Virus record (IMG/VR): IMGVR_UViG_3300001473_000094
Coordinates: 4,310-68,309 of that record
Source: a virus
Strand: one strand, 5' to 3'
Length of the DNA: 64,000 nt
Of the stretch, positions 19,501 through 27,111 are shown piece by piece. The notes below the pieces were generated by a model. That model was not told where the DNA came from and ran no database searches. It worked only from the letters and a program-made list of their open reading frames with translations. Position 1 is the first letter of the stretch, and every line of letters starts with the position of its first letter. The translations under genes and the position numbers were made by a program.

Positions 19501-22500
19501 GGTGTGGTGGACCGGAGTAATCTTTGATCTGGCTGTTCCGTCGGCAACCTTCTGGCCGATGAAGATCGTGCCCAGATCGGCGTCGTAGCTGGCAGGAGAC
19601 AGGCTGTCTGCGCCAGCTTTGCTCCCGAGCGCAACTTGGGGGGCCTCTCCATTGGCCAAGCGGTTGACGAGGGCCACCATCGGTTCAACATCTGAGATGG
19701 GCAGTTTGGCAAAGACGGTGTGGATTTGCTCAATGGCTTCATCCCGAACAGCCATTGGTGCGCGAATGCCATATGGCGCCACCTCGGCTTCGATCTCCGA
19801 GATTGCCCTCATGATCTGGTACGTGTTGTTGTCTGTCGCGCTGACAGGCAGGCGCTGCATGGCAAGCTCAAGATTGGAGAGGTCGCGGAACGTGAAGCTC
19901 TCGTCGAGCGGCCTGAGGGCGGCGCCTCGATTTGGCGTTTGGGCAAGTTTGCTGTTTAGGTCAGAAACCAATTCGGCCAAACGAGGCGAGCCCTGCGTGG
20001 ATGCGATGGCATCAGCGACATCGTCCAGATCAACAGGGCGCTCACGACCAGCGCCTTCCAGAGCTTTCCCTGAACTGCCGGGCTTTGCCTTCCCGTCGAT
20101 GGGGAGGCCCTTCTGTTTGCGGTAGCCAATCTCATTTCGTTCGACCGAGTCGGGAAGATACTCGTACTCCCACTCATCGATCTTGCGCGTTCCGAAGATA
20201 TCGCGAGTCGACTTGCCGGCCTCAACCTGTGCCCGGCTTGGCGCGATGACGCGACCGGTCTTCGGGTTGTGGAAGAACAGGACCTGATCGCCCTTGGTCA
20301 GAGGAGGCAGGTTGCCCAGAGGTTGCGCGGAAGGAGATGCCTTGAAGAATGAGGCGAGCGCTTCGAGCAGATCATCGAAAGGTACGCTCTCATCATCAAG
20401 AAGCGTGTCAATGTCGGGGGACTTGGCGGCGGGCGCAGAGTTGGACGAGGACGACTTCAGGGCTGCCGCAACATCGGACAGAGACCCTCCTTCAGAGGGC
20501 TGTGCACTGGAAGCCTGCCTAGACCGTGTGGGTTTGGAGGAGGAGAGCTTTGCCATTTCGACAAGGCTGACCAACTCTTCGGGCATCGCGGCGCCCTTTG
20601 GGATTTTCAGGCCCCCTTCAGCGTAAGCGCCTCGCCAGTCGGCATAGACCTTTCCCGAACGACCAGACACGAAGAGGACATCATCTCTCTTGGGCTTGGC
20701 CGCTGAATCGACCACAGCAACCCGGCCATTGCTGAGGAAGGGTTGAATAGACGAAACCAGAGGATCACGCTGAAGTCCTCGAAGCATGGCTGCGGAAGGA
20801 GCGTCACCAGCCTCGGCGGCTGCTGCCATCTGATCGATGAGCTGCTTTCGCCTTTTGCGAGCGTCTGTTCCGCCTTCGGCGTAGGCGACAGCGCTGCGCG
20901 CGCGCGCCTGCGCCTCGGCCAAGCTGAAGCGGCTGGGGTCAGGGACCTCGCCGGTGATCGAATACTCCGCATCAGTCTCCGGGTTGAACGTTCGACCGCG
21001 ACGCAAGAGGGATTGGATACGCACGCCAGGAAGGAGCTTGCCCTCCTCGTCCACCATCGGAGAAGCCTGATCGACGATCCGGCCAGACTTGGAGGCCATA
21101 GGATCGTGGGGGGTGCGTTCGCGCTGATAAGACTGAGATCGTGCGACCAGCTCGTCTTGGAGGTCTCCCAGCCGGCCCTTGAAGCTGGGTGCATTGAAGA
21201 TGGTGTTACCGACTTGCGGCATATCGCCGGCTTTCTTGGCCGACGAGAAAACATCGACCATCGCGTCGATAGTGGCCGGGTCGGCCGCCTCACCATAGTG
21301 CGCCATGGCAGCACGACGGAGAAACTTGGGGTTGTTAAGGAGGGTCGAAAGGTTGGCCTCCGTCAGGCCGCGCTCAGCGAGTTGTGGCTGGACCGCTTCA
21401 AGAACACTGGCAACCTCGGTCAGGGTGCCGGTGTAGGTTTCCGAGGGACCGTTTGTCTTGGCGTGGGAGACGATATCGCTTTTGCGAATGCGGCCGTTGG
21501 TGCCCGTGCCGGTAACCTCATTGAGATCGATGCCACGACGTTCAGCTTCTTGAACGGCCCACTTACTGGCGTTGACGCCCTTGCGTGTGGACTGGGTGAC
21601 CGGAACCCTTGGCGGAGAAGGGGGTGTTGCCGGCTCTTCGGGCGGTTCGACAATGGCGACCGGTTCGGCAGACGGATCGGCGCCGGAGGCTTCCGCAGCC
21701 CGCTCGGCTTTGATGGCTTCAGCCTCGGCAGCGAGGCGATCATCGACTTGGGTTGAGGTAACCTGTTCGTCAGTCAGGGTTGCCTGTCTATCTGGACCAA
21801 TGGTTTCGTCGGTGCGGGCCGCGAGTGCACCGGTCTCACCGGCGACGACGGCCTCGCCTTGTGCAGTCTTTCGAGCGTCGGCGCGTGCCGCCTTGGTGCG
21901 CTCGGCGAGAGCTGCTCTCTGTGCCGCGCTGTCAATCGCGCCCTCTTCGTTGGCAACGTTGCGGCCTTGGTCAATGATCTGCCGGTTTGTCGAGCGTTCG
22001 AGGACAAAGTTCTCGACATCCTCAGGGGTTCCTCTCTCGACGATGGAAGCCAAACGCGCACGGTCGGACGCGATCTGTCCCATGAGATCGCGACCCTGAG
22101 CGATTTCATCCGGGTTGGGGCTGGCCAAGAGTTCGCGTGCAATGGCCTCTCGACTGGCCAGTTTTTGAGGGTAGCTCTTTGCCTCTTCGAGCGCCACGAT
22201 CTCCCGCTGGGTCGTCTCAATCCATTCATCGATCGAGGCCACGGCTTCGGGATTGCTTTCCTCGATGCGGTCCCGCGTCAGATCGGCGAGGCGTCGGTGA
22301 AGAACCTGTAGGTGAGATTGAAGCTGGGTGACGCGACCGGCCAGCTCATCGTCTTGGGCTTTTTGTGCTGCTTCGGCTTCTGTGAGAACGGGGTCCGCGT
22401 TGGTCTCTTGTCCTTCTGCTTCGGCGATCCGCTGACGGAAGAGGTCCGGCTCGATCTGCTGGAGTTCTCGTAGACCTTGGGCACCGGTGTCCAGCATGCG

Positions 22501-23313
22501 GGACACTTCGTCGGTCGTGTAGCCTTTTTCGAGGAGTTGGTTAGCAACGCTGCGGCCGCGCACTGCTCCGACAACACCACCCGCGCCACCGAAGACGGAG
22601 CCGATACCGGTTCCCATGACAGTACCGATAGCTGCGTCTTGGGCCACACGGGCGGCGGACACACCATCAGAAAGGCCGAGGTCTCGGGCAAGGCGTTGTT
22701 CGCCGACTGACTGGATACCTGCACCAACGGCTCCCTCGACTGCGCCCCACTTGGCGCCGGTCATCGCACCACGACTAACCCCTGACATCAGGGCTTTCCG
22801 CCCGGCTCCGGTGACCGCGCCGCGCGCGCCGGCCGCGAAAGGAGCTGCGGCTCCGCCAGACAAAGCTGATACAGCGCCAAGGGCGTAGTTGACGGGATCG
22901 GTCAGGATGCCCTTGGCGATGGAGGGGAACGCCTCGCCAAAGGATCGGCCATCTTGCTGGAAGATGTTCGGGTGCTGCTGGACGGCGAGATGAAGTCGGG
23001 CTGCGCGCGAGATTGCGCTTTCACCCTGCGAGTATTTCGCTATGTCGGCAGACGATCCTCTGGCGCCAAAGAATGAGGCGACAGTGTTGAAGTCCCGGAT
23101 GTTGGAGTCGTTGAGGGCGAGCCTCTGAAGCTCTTGGTCAGAGCGACCGGTGATTCCGCGCTCTCGGAAGTAGGCACGGAGGTCGGCGACATAGCGCGCG
23201 TTGACCAGAGGGTTGGCCGGGTCGAAATTCTGATAGATACCGCCATCTTGAGAGGCGGCTGCCGAACGCTGTGCGCGCAGGCGGGTAAGTCTGTCGCTCA
23301 ACGGGAACTCCAT
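13507..23313 (-). CDS. Giant internal virion / DNA-ejection polyvalent protein (3268 aa)
   Basis: Last gene of the virion operon, with Gly/Ala-rich hydrophobic N-terminal segments. Carries a zincin motif FFHEVGH...ELFAE (~19310-19500) and an E3-binding-like motif (~21460-21580). Confidence 0.8.
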   Translation of the reverse strand: MEFPLSDRLTRLRAQRSAAASQDGGIYQNFDPANPLVNARYVADLRAYFRERGITGRSDQELQRLALNDSNIRDFNTVASFFGARGSSADIAKYSQGESAISRAARLHLAVQQHPNIFQQDGRSFGEAFPSIAKGILTDPVNYALGAVSALSGGAAAPFAAGARGAVTGAGRKALMSGVSRGAMTGAKWGAVEGAVGAGIQSVGEQRLARDLGLSDGVSAARVAQDAAIGTVMGTGIGSVFGGAGGVVGAVRGRSVANQLLEKGYTTDEVSRMLDTGAQGLRELQQIEPDLFRQRIAEAEGQETNADPVLTEAEAAQKAQDDELAGRVTQLQSHLQVLHRRLADLTRDRIEESNPEAVASIDEWIETTQREIVALEEAKSYPQKLASREAIARELLASPNPDEIAQGRDLMGQIASDRARLASIVERGTPEDVENFVLERSTNRQIIDQGRNVANEEGAIDSAAQRAALAERTKAARADARKTAQGEAVVAGETGALAARTDETIGPDRQATLTDEQVTSTQVDDRLAAEAEAIKAERAAEASGADPSAEPVAIVEPPEEPATPPSPPRVPVTQSTRKGVNASKWAVQEAERRGIDLNEVTGTGTNGRIRKSDIVSHAKTNGPSETYTGTLTEVASVLEAVQPQLAERGLTEANLSTLLNNPKFLRRAAMAHYGEAADPATIDAMVDVFSSAKKAGDMPQVGNTIFNAPSFKGRLGDLQDELVARSQSYQRERTPHDPMASKSGRIVDQASPMVDEEGKLLPGVRIQSLLRRGRTFNPETDAEYSITGEVPDPSRFSLAEAQARARSAVAYAEGGTDARKRRKQLIDQMAAAAEAGDAPSAAMLRGLQRDPLVSSIQPFLSNGRVAVVDSAAKPKRDDVLFVSGRSGKVYADWRGAYAEGGLKIPKGAAMPEELVSLVEMAKLSSSKPTRSRQASSAQPSEGGSLSDVAAALKSSSSNSAPAAKSPDIDTLLDDESVPFDDLLEALASFFKASPSAQPLGNLPPLTKGDQVLFFHNPKTGRVIAPSRAQVEAGKSTRDIFGTRKIDEWEYEYLPDSVERNEIGYRKQKGLPIDGKAKPGSSGKALEGAGRERPVDLDDVADAIASTQGSPRLAELVSDLNSKLAQTPNRGAALRPLDESFTFRDLSNLELAMQRLPVSATDNNTYQIMRAISEIEAEVAPYGIRAPMAVRDEAIEQIHTVFAKLPISDVEPMVALVNRLANGEAPQVALGSKAGADSLSPASYDADLGTIFIGQKVADGTARSKITPVHHTFFHEVGHWAHLNFLGSKDRAEFWGWMADNVHSREDVGKVLGVTGEGSLAKQAREYFDSPAELFAEMFARWATGQIPEAQAPAIWQRFAKYIKGLFDTLLGRSTAIDPEVERLFAKVLPTEQVERIADDAAAIKNGAARVESLTNTSPDLRGPDADVSVGLDSGQADVPARVDFRLPYYEMGIKDLKALGDPSRGRQIGYYKSVYDDVSDVRRLWESANDTGSAELFEDAYRATHQLIVGKAFTGQERQAYLRRVAKAKGEKLDMLSRLDGGALAPFEDSPYAIIARAKKVLRRLNRAHAGKDFDSVDLSNDSVDAISAASAADIADAGGAYVPNEARMEVLRKAYTGGDDTETGLAKLLDDMQTAINTSFTESGVLPVRGVDLAREVEGTRVPELALGRFSNLIVGDQLRYTKGAAAIPANEKRMDWTITDLIAESDGSKGIVIRSRNNGQVKVITDDAEMDKLTRRHRAAKSRSQAERARRENVASVAKVKRDIHEELKRQAYAKAKERLAGIEQVRGYTPVAASPKTVDAAQLIDRFAQTGEPQVADEILAIDFKAPQSVEGIKANPPEEAAKGIRQIRYKLLSGDPTVDADVAGVRPDQVRLSPVSPTVNLAVRRELEEGIGTMAEAGIPASTTPQMKDLLSVQFHRKRDGEYVGRTLAYRLARIADPRANDAPVGPMFTPNTEEWQGLRRTIRTISAKLTGAEPPHGLAKDISNVLFDTEPRLLRRASENGFDQDDAAELLEAILDPTGGIDIDPSIRPFASELLDRAGYLVNGLVRGKHARNAMARLTYFNDMFERAEGIQPGSSPLSNMTFLEAAEVPTGSSGIARAGASADAMAREGFDDVALVDSEGNIARSAIDYIRPYLRLVLDGHADDPVIRDTVETANRLLDHLNRGTETERQASRAALDHHLTTLSDAVEPPRFSVVAIKSGKSSNTAFQMAEVQNELSLNSFFTGVREALDDGDLDAQWEEALDQVVGLVRPGMTNAQLFSAFASVGRSKNLDPSDVVSTMGFASMVDAQGYVTKTFSPTKPIEDFSSPNLFHAPALSEEGAVGELGHTMTSHLLASSTSLSTFSAPPSYKIAKSAPDQGTVNWLLRFGRNRKPTGEDLSQGIRLRHKWFGLNSQVLRSGGLNQLADFFQTHWPNVSQDFARRLFGSKSKPGPLAMIRSLSDAPSPGRRWLTDANPLKGDHKVESWDRILRALQEPSNPRLAARLSADEAKALKSIRDTMGQIFFDLTDAGVMMGSRGPNYFPQIWSSMAIRRDPQKFQDALVKYYRIEATKAGRAVDEDTLKARAMNVYRTLSDEAGEALFNDDFGQSYSGAAENIDASRKIELDRHPEALADLRPFLESDLESYLVKYVDQASHRLSLAHKFGHRNHGFSDYMAVVTKGREGIAELLSRRRTQEHKDFVFDADGGMVERAMIEEFPMPFEEAPGRAMQAADDVVAIFKASGEKAARAHLLSMAVPDARKGGGPSIVYQRRVDAIIDGLKDTGGEAKGKLTMSDMNFINNMMKVASRRPLRDANTLGVEASKALRTFNSVTLLGYTVISSLGDSMLPIVRSGELRSAMKAWASYMSDPDYRQAMKNIGTASESLLHNRMTYMNGTPANRLSSAFFNAIGLTPWTDEMRGLASGVAFEALNTSIMKTNNTRFFDPSRPLARQSATFKRHWRFLKRYGLEDRAGGGDRGGQLISQADLDGTVPGSDAVRIGMTRFVDDAVFSPNPDQIPQWAQMPWGAVIFQLKSFPLMMQRMAKEVLYDDIRLAINDLKGRPLDLSDISGTGNTNRAMYLLSLLPMMGIGVNFLHDNIRARGGEEGNERAPGDRSMSKILREFPLMDDTYEQGFGLLENIADRETLDAAAGQLISGFSTAAGLGLFASMLTDTAQQAENGQYGVSRMMSVVFGPSAGTAISGMHVLQGALDEKGGGFAGLGAGEKTFPERQATREIFQRIPVLGGQRGIRDMIVEKLAPAGKRGRGSRSSAFEGGGFEDGGFE

Positions 23314-23337
23314 CGTCGAACTGTTTCAGTGGCCAAG

Positions 23338-23368
23338 ATGGCCAAATTGTCTGGGCGTGTCGTCCGGT
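23338..23368 (-). promoter_or_regulatory. Late-promoter-like motif ACCGGACGAC-N18-CATCTT
   Basis: One of six co-oriented copies upstream of virion genes. Confidence 0.6.
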
Positions 23369-25548
23369 TACTGGCCCCGCTCCTGACGGCGCTGATATCG
23401 CCCTCGTGCGCCCGGCGGATCGGGCTCCTCGATGACTTCTGGACCCTCGAACGAAAGCATATCCTGCGGGCCTCGGGCACGAGGACCTTCGAACAATCGG
23501 CCTTTGACACGCGCACCGACCCCTTCATCTTCTGCGGTCGGGCTTCCGGCAATGATGAGGCGCTCGCCACGCTGACGGACTTCGGCCAACGCGCGTCGAG
23601 TCTCCTCGATTTTTGAGCGGAGATCACCAATGACCCGAGCCTGCACGTCGGATGTGATCTCTCCGTCCGTAGACCAGTGTTTGCTGGTCGGAACTGCCTT
23701 GGAAAGCTCTTGCGCAAGAGCGAGTATCTCGGACTGAAGGGCCTCCTCAAGAAGCTCCATGCTGTCAAGGAAGTAGGTGGAAGCGTCGGAGTTCGGGTTG
23801 TCCGGATCAACCTCACCGGCTTGAAGTGCGGCCAAAGCACTGTTCGCTGCCTCAACCGTTTCGGTGACGATGGTGCCGGCCTCCTCTTCGACATGGCCGA
23901 GGAAGGTGGCGCTCGATGCGCCTTGGTTGCCCTCGGGGAATCCGACGCTTTCCGGCGTCACTCGATCTGGCGACATGGCGTCCACGAGGAAGGGGTCTGA
24001 CAGGGCCTCGTTCATCATGGCGTTCAAATCGCCATCATGGGACTTGAGGAAGTCTTCGTTCAGGTACTTGGCATTCAGGTGAAGGGCAGCCTCTGGTGTA
24101 ATCTGGCCACCGCTGGCCGCACCGAGCAGTTCGACGAAGTTCCGCATGACCGAGTTCTCCATCGCATCCCTTTCAGGATCAAAGATGGCATCGATCGTGT
24201 TGACAGCCGTCGCCTTGCCCGTGGTCGCAGCGGCATCTCGGCTGGCAGTTGCCGTCTCCACGGCAGAAGCCGATGCAGCAGTACGCTGGGACTGCCGCAT
24301 GGTGGCCAAGCGTTCCTGGATGTTGTCCATGGCATAGGTAGTGTGGCCGTAGGCGTAACGGTCACCGTGAAGCGCTCGCATCTCTTCATCGACTTGGGAC
24401 CTAAGGTCCACAAGACTCATCGTTCCATCGACGAGCTGAGCCATCAGAGCTTCATTGCCGGTAAAGGCGGAAACGACGGAGTTGTTTGTTTCGACATCCC
24501 TCGCTGATTGAGCGTTCTCTTGTGCCGCCGCATTGGCCTTGATGGACTGGATTTTGTAGTTGATCTCGCTTTCGAGGGCAGCACCGGGCTCTACGCCTGA
24601 TCGGAGAGCAGCCGTCCGCAAGCGCTCTCGCAGATCAGCTTCGTTTCCGGCGTAAAAGGCAGCCAAGGTCGGAGTGTTGACGATGAGTTCGGCCTCCGCC
24701 TGCATGGCGCTGACGGCATCGTTGAGTTGTCCTCTTGAGATCTTTTCGTCTTCGGCATCCTTGATGGGATCAAGCGCTGCTCGCGCTTGCTCCGCCACCT
24801 CGGCGGTGGTTCCGGCCGGAATGGTATAGGTCCCGTGCGCAGTGATCTGTGAGCGTCCTTGGGATACGATTTCGTTGACCTGTTGCTGGGTCTGTCGCTC
24901 CAAAGCTTGTTGGGCTTGTTGGCGGCCCGTCGACATGATCTCTCTGGCCAACGGGGAGGGGACCTCACCCAGCCGGGGATACATCCGAACAAGGTCGTCG
25001 TCGGTCAGGTTGGGGTTCGCGGCGATACGCTCCTGAACCTCGGGAAGAATTTCGCCTTGAAGGGCGCTTCGGCGCTGGTCGCGCGCCGCAGCGAAGCCGT
25101 TCGGATAGGAGTTCTCGATCAACGTTCGAATTGAGTGGGTGGCCGGATCGTTTGGATCATAGCCAAGCTGACCGGCGATGCCGTCAAGAAGCCGGGCGTC
25201 ATCGTCATTGTAGAGCACTTGGTCATTGACAAGCGCGTCGATTTGGCCGGCGATCTGAGCCCTCTGGGAAAGCATGCGAAGGTTTTCTTGGAGCTGAGTC
25301 TGTGCACGCTGTTCAGCCTCCCGTTCAGCCAATCGCTTGAGGACATCGTTGGCAGGGATAGCGCCACGAATGAACGAATTGCCGCCTGAGATGTCATCGG
25401 CAAAAGAGACATAGTCCTCATATGTGGAGTCGGGGAACGCCCGCTTGTACGCAAGGAACGCCCGACGAGCCTCAGAGCGCCGCCGCTGCCAGCGTTCCTC
25501 GGATGCAACAGCGCCTTCGTAGAGGCCGTATGCGCCGGAAAAAATCAT
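23368..25548 (-). CDS. Putative ejection / internal virion protein (726 aa)
   Basis: Helical, Ala/Gln-rich protein in the position before the giant protein. Confidence 0.7.
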   Translation of the reverse strand: MIFSGAYGLYEGAVASEERWQRRRSEARRAFLAYKRAFPDSTYEDYVSFADDISGGNSFIRGAIPANDVLKRLAEREAEQRAQTQLQENLRMLSQRAQIAGQIDALVNDQVLYNDDDARLLDGIAGQLGYDPNDPATHSIRTLIENSYPNGFAAARDQRRSALQGEILPEVQERIAANPNLTDDDLVRMYPRLGEVPSPLAREIMSTGRQQAQQALERQTQQQVNEIVSQGRSQITAHGTYTIPAGTTAEVAEQARAALDPIKDAEDEKISRGQLNDAVSAMQAEAELIVNTPTLAAFYAGNEADLRERLRTAALRSGVEPGAALESEINYKIQSIKANAAAQENAQSARDVETNNSVVSAFTGNEALMAQLVDGTMSLVDLRSQVDEEMRALHGDRYAYGHTTYAMDNIQERLATMRQSQRTAASASAVETATASRDAAATTGKATAVNTIDAIFDPERDAMENSVMRNFVELLGAASGGQITPEAALHLNAKYLNEDFLKSHDGDLNAMMNEALSDPFLVDAMSPDRVTPESVGFPEGNQGASSATFLGHVEEEAGTIVTETVEAANSALAALQAGEVDPDNPNSDASTYFLDSMELLEEALQSEILALAQELSKAVPTSKHWSTDGEITSDVQARVIGDLRSKIEETRRALAEVRQRGERLIIAGSPTAEDEGVGARVKGRLFEGPRARGPQDMLSFEGPEVIEEPDPPGARGRYQRRQERGQ

Positions 25549-25557
25549 GCCGACCCC

Positions 25558-27102
25558 CTACTGCCGATAACCGAACTGAGCCATCGGGAACGGGTTTGTG
25601 CCCGGCCGAGACTGGGGGATCGGGTAATTGAGGCCGCTAGCCGCCATACCGGTTGATCCAGAGGCTGACGAAGAGGGTGAAAAGCGGCGACCCCAGCCGC
25701 CACGCTGGAGATCGTTCAAAGCGCCGCCAATGGCCTTGAAGCCGGCAGCGGATGTCTGGCCAGCCATCTCAAGGAAAGGCATCGGATCATGATAGCCTGC
25801 GGTCTGAACAAGCTGGGAGGCGTTGGCCATGTAGTTTGCGGGGCCATCGATGTTCCAGAGCTGGGGCTGAAACTGGTTGTAGTCTCCCGTCGTGACATAT
25901 GCTTCCGCAATGGACGGCAGATTGAGTGTGTTGCCCATGCGGCTTGACATTCCGGTGGGCGCGATAGCTGCGGAGTTGACGGCCAAGGGTGAGGCATACT
26001 GGTTTGCGGTGACGAGCTGGCGGCCGACGTTGGCTGTGCCAACACCAATCGGCGTCTGGTAATCGTTTGCCGACAGGGTGCGTCGTTCTCGGGAAAGCGC
26101 GTCGACGATGGGCGCATAGAGGCCCTCGATCTCGGAGAAGCGGGTTCCGCGCGCGCTCATCCTGCGCTCGAAGTCGGTGGACTTCAGACGCTCCTTGCCT
26201 TGGATGTAGTCCATCGCCTGCTGGCGCGCGGCCAAGCGGGCATTGTCATAGTCGAGAGCGAGGCGTTGAGCGATGCGGCTGCGCTCTGCGGTGCCAGCGG
26301 TAGAGTTGGCCATGCCGCCCTTGATCAAGCCGGCCTCGGCGATGGAGGCCACACGGTCTGCGGCGCGGTCCACATTGGCCACGGCATTGTCTTCGTAGTT
26401 CGCAATCGTGCTGATCAGTTCGGCTTCAGAGAAGCCGCTTGGAGCCTCGATGGGCTCCATCTGGGCGTAGGCTTCGAACAGGCTATCCTGCATTGTGCCA
26501 AGCTCGCCGATGATCCGATCTCGGTAAGCGATGTCGTCAGCGCGTTCCGCCGCCGCGATCTGCTGAGCGCCTCGCATTTCTTCGATGGCGAAGTCTCGCT
26601 CCTGAGCCGCCGTGATCTGTTCCATGCGGAGCCGGCGGATGTCCTCGTCACGCTCTCCGCGCGCAGTTGCTTTGGCCTCTTCGAGGTAGGCAAGAGCTGT
26701 TTCGCGTTCTGATTGGGCGAGTTCCCGGTTCTGGAGATAGGCTTCCAGTTCGAGGGCAAACTGTTCGGCTTGTGCTCGATCGATCTCGACCTGTCGGTTG
26801 ACGACATAGTCGCGCTCTTCCTGGTAGGCGGCCAAACGTTGGCGTCGCTGCGCCTCAATCTTGGATCGCTCAAGAGACTGGGCGAGCTGGTTTCGCTCGT
26901 TCTGTTCCTTGATGTACTCGCGCTGCTCGTCCTGCTTTCGGATTTCGTCCAGCGCCATACCGTACTGAAGTTGGCCAAACTCCGTCTGCGTTTTCAGGGC
27001 CTTCCGCTTGAGCGCAAGCTCCTCCATCCCGAGCTGGTATTGGTATCCAGCCGAGACGATGGAGCCGATCCCTCCAATTAGGCCGAGAGCCGCCGAAAAC
27101 AT
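25558..27102 (-). CDS. Putative ejection / internal virion protein (514 aa)
   Basis: N-terminal AALGLIGGIGSIVSAG followed by a long coiled coil. Confidence 0.7.
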   Translation of the reverse strand: MFSAALGLIGGIGSIVSAGYQYQLGMEELALKRKALKTQTEFGQLQYGMALDEIRKQDEQREYIKEQNERNQLAQSLERSKIEAQRRQRLAAYQEERDYVVNRQVEIDRAQAEQFALELEAYLQNRELAQSERETALAYLEEAKATARGERDEDIRRLRMEQITAAQERDFAIEEMRGAQQIAAAERADDIAYRDRIIGELGTMQDSLFEAYAQMEPIEAPSGFSEAELISTIANYEDNAVANVDRAADRVASIAEAGLIKGGMANSTAGTAERSRIAQRLALDYDNARLAARQQAMDYIQGKERLKSTDFERRMSARGTRFSEIEGLYAPIVDALSRERRTLSANDYQTPIGVGTANVGRQLVTANQYASPLAVNSAAIAPTGMSSRMGNTLNLPSIAEAYVTTGDYNQFQPQLWNIDGPANYMANASQLVQTAGYHDPMPFLEMAGQTSAAGFKAIGGALNDLQRGGWGRRFSPSSSASGSTGMAASGLNYPIPQSRPGTNPFPMAQFGYRQ

Positions 27103-27111
27103 TGGTCACCG

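Noticed and set aside
21460-21580. Captured dehydrogenase E2 gene
   Set aside because: No lipoyl or acyltransferase domain; only the ~35-aa binding motif is present.
13507-23313. N4-like virion RNA polymerase, suggested by size
   Set aside because: No RNA polymerase catalytic motifs were recognised, and the gene context is not N4-like.
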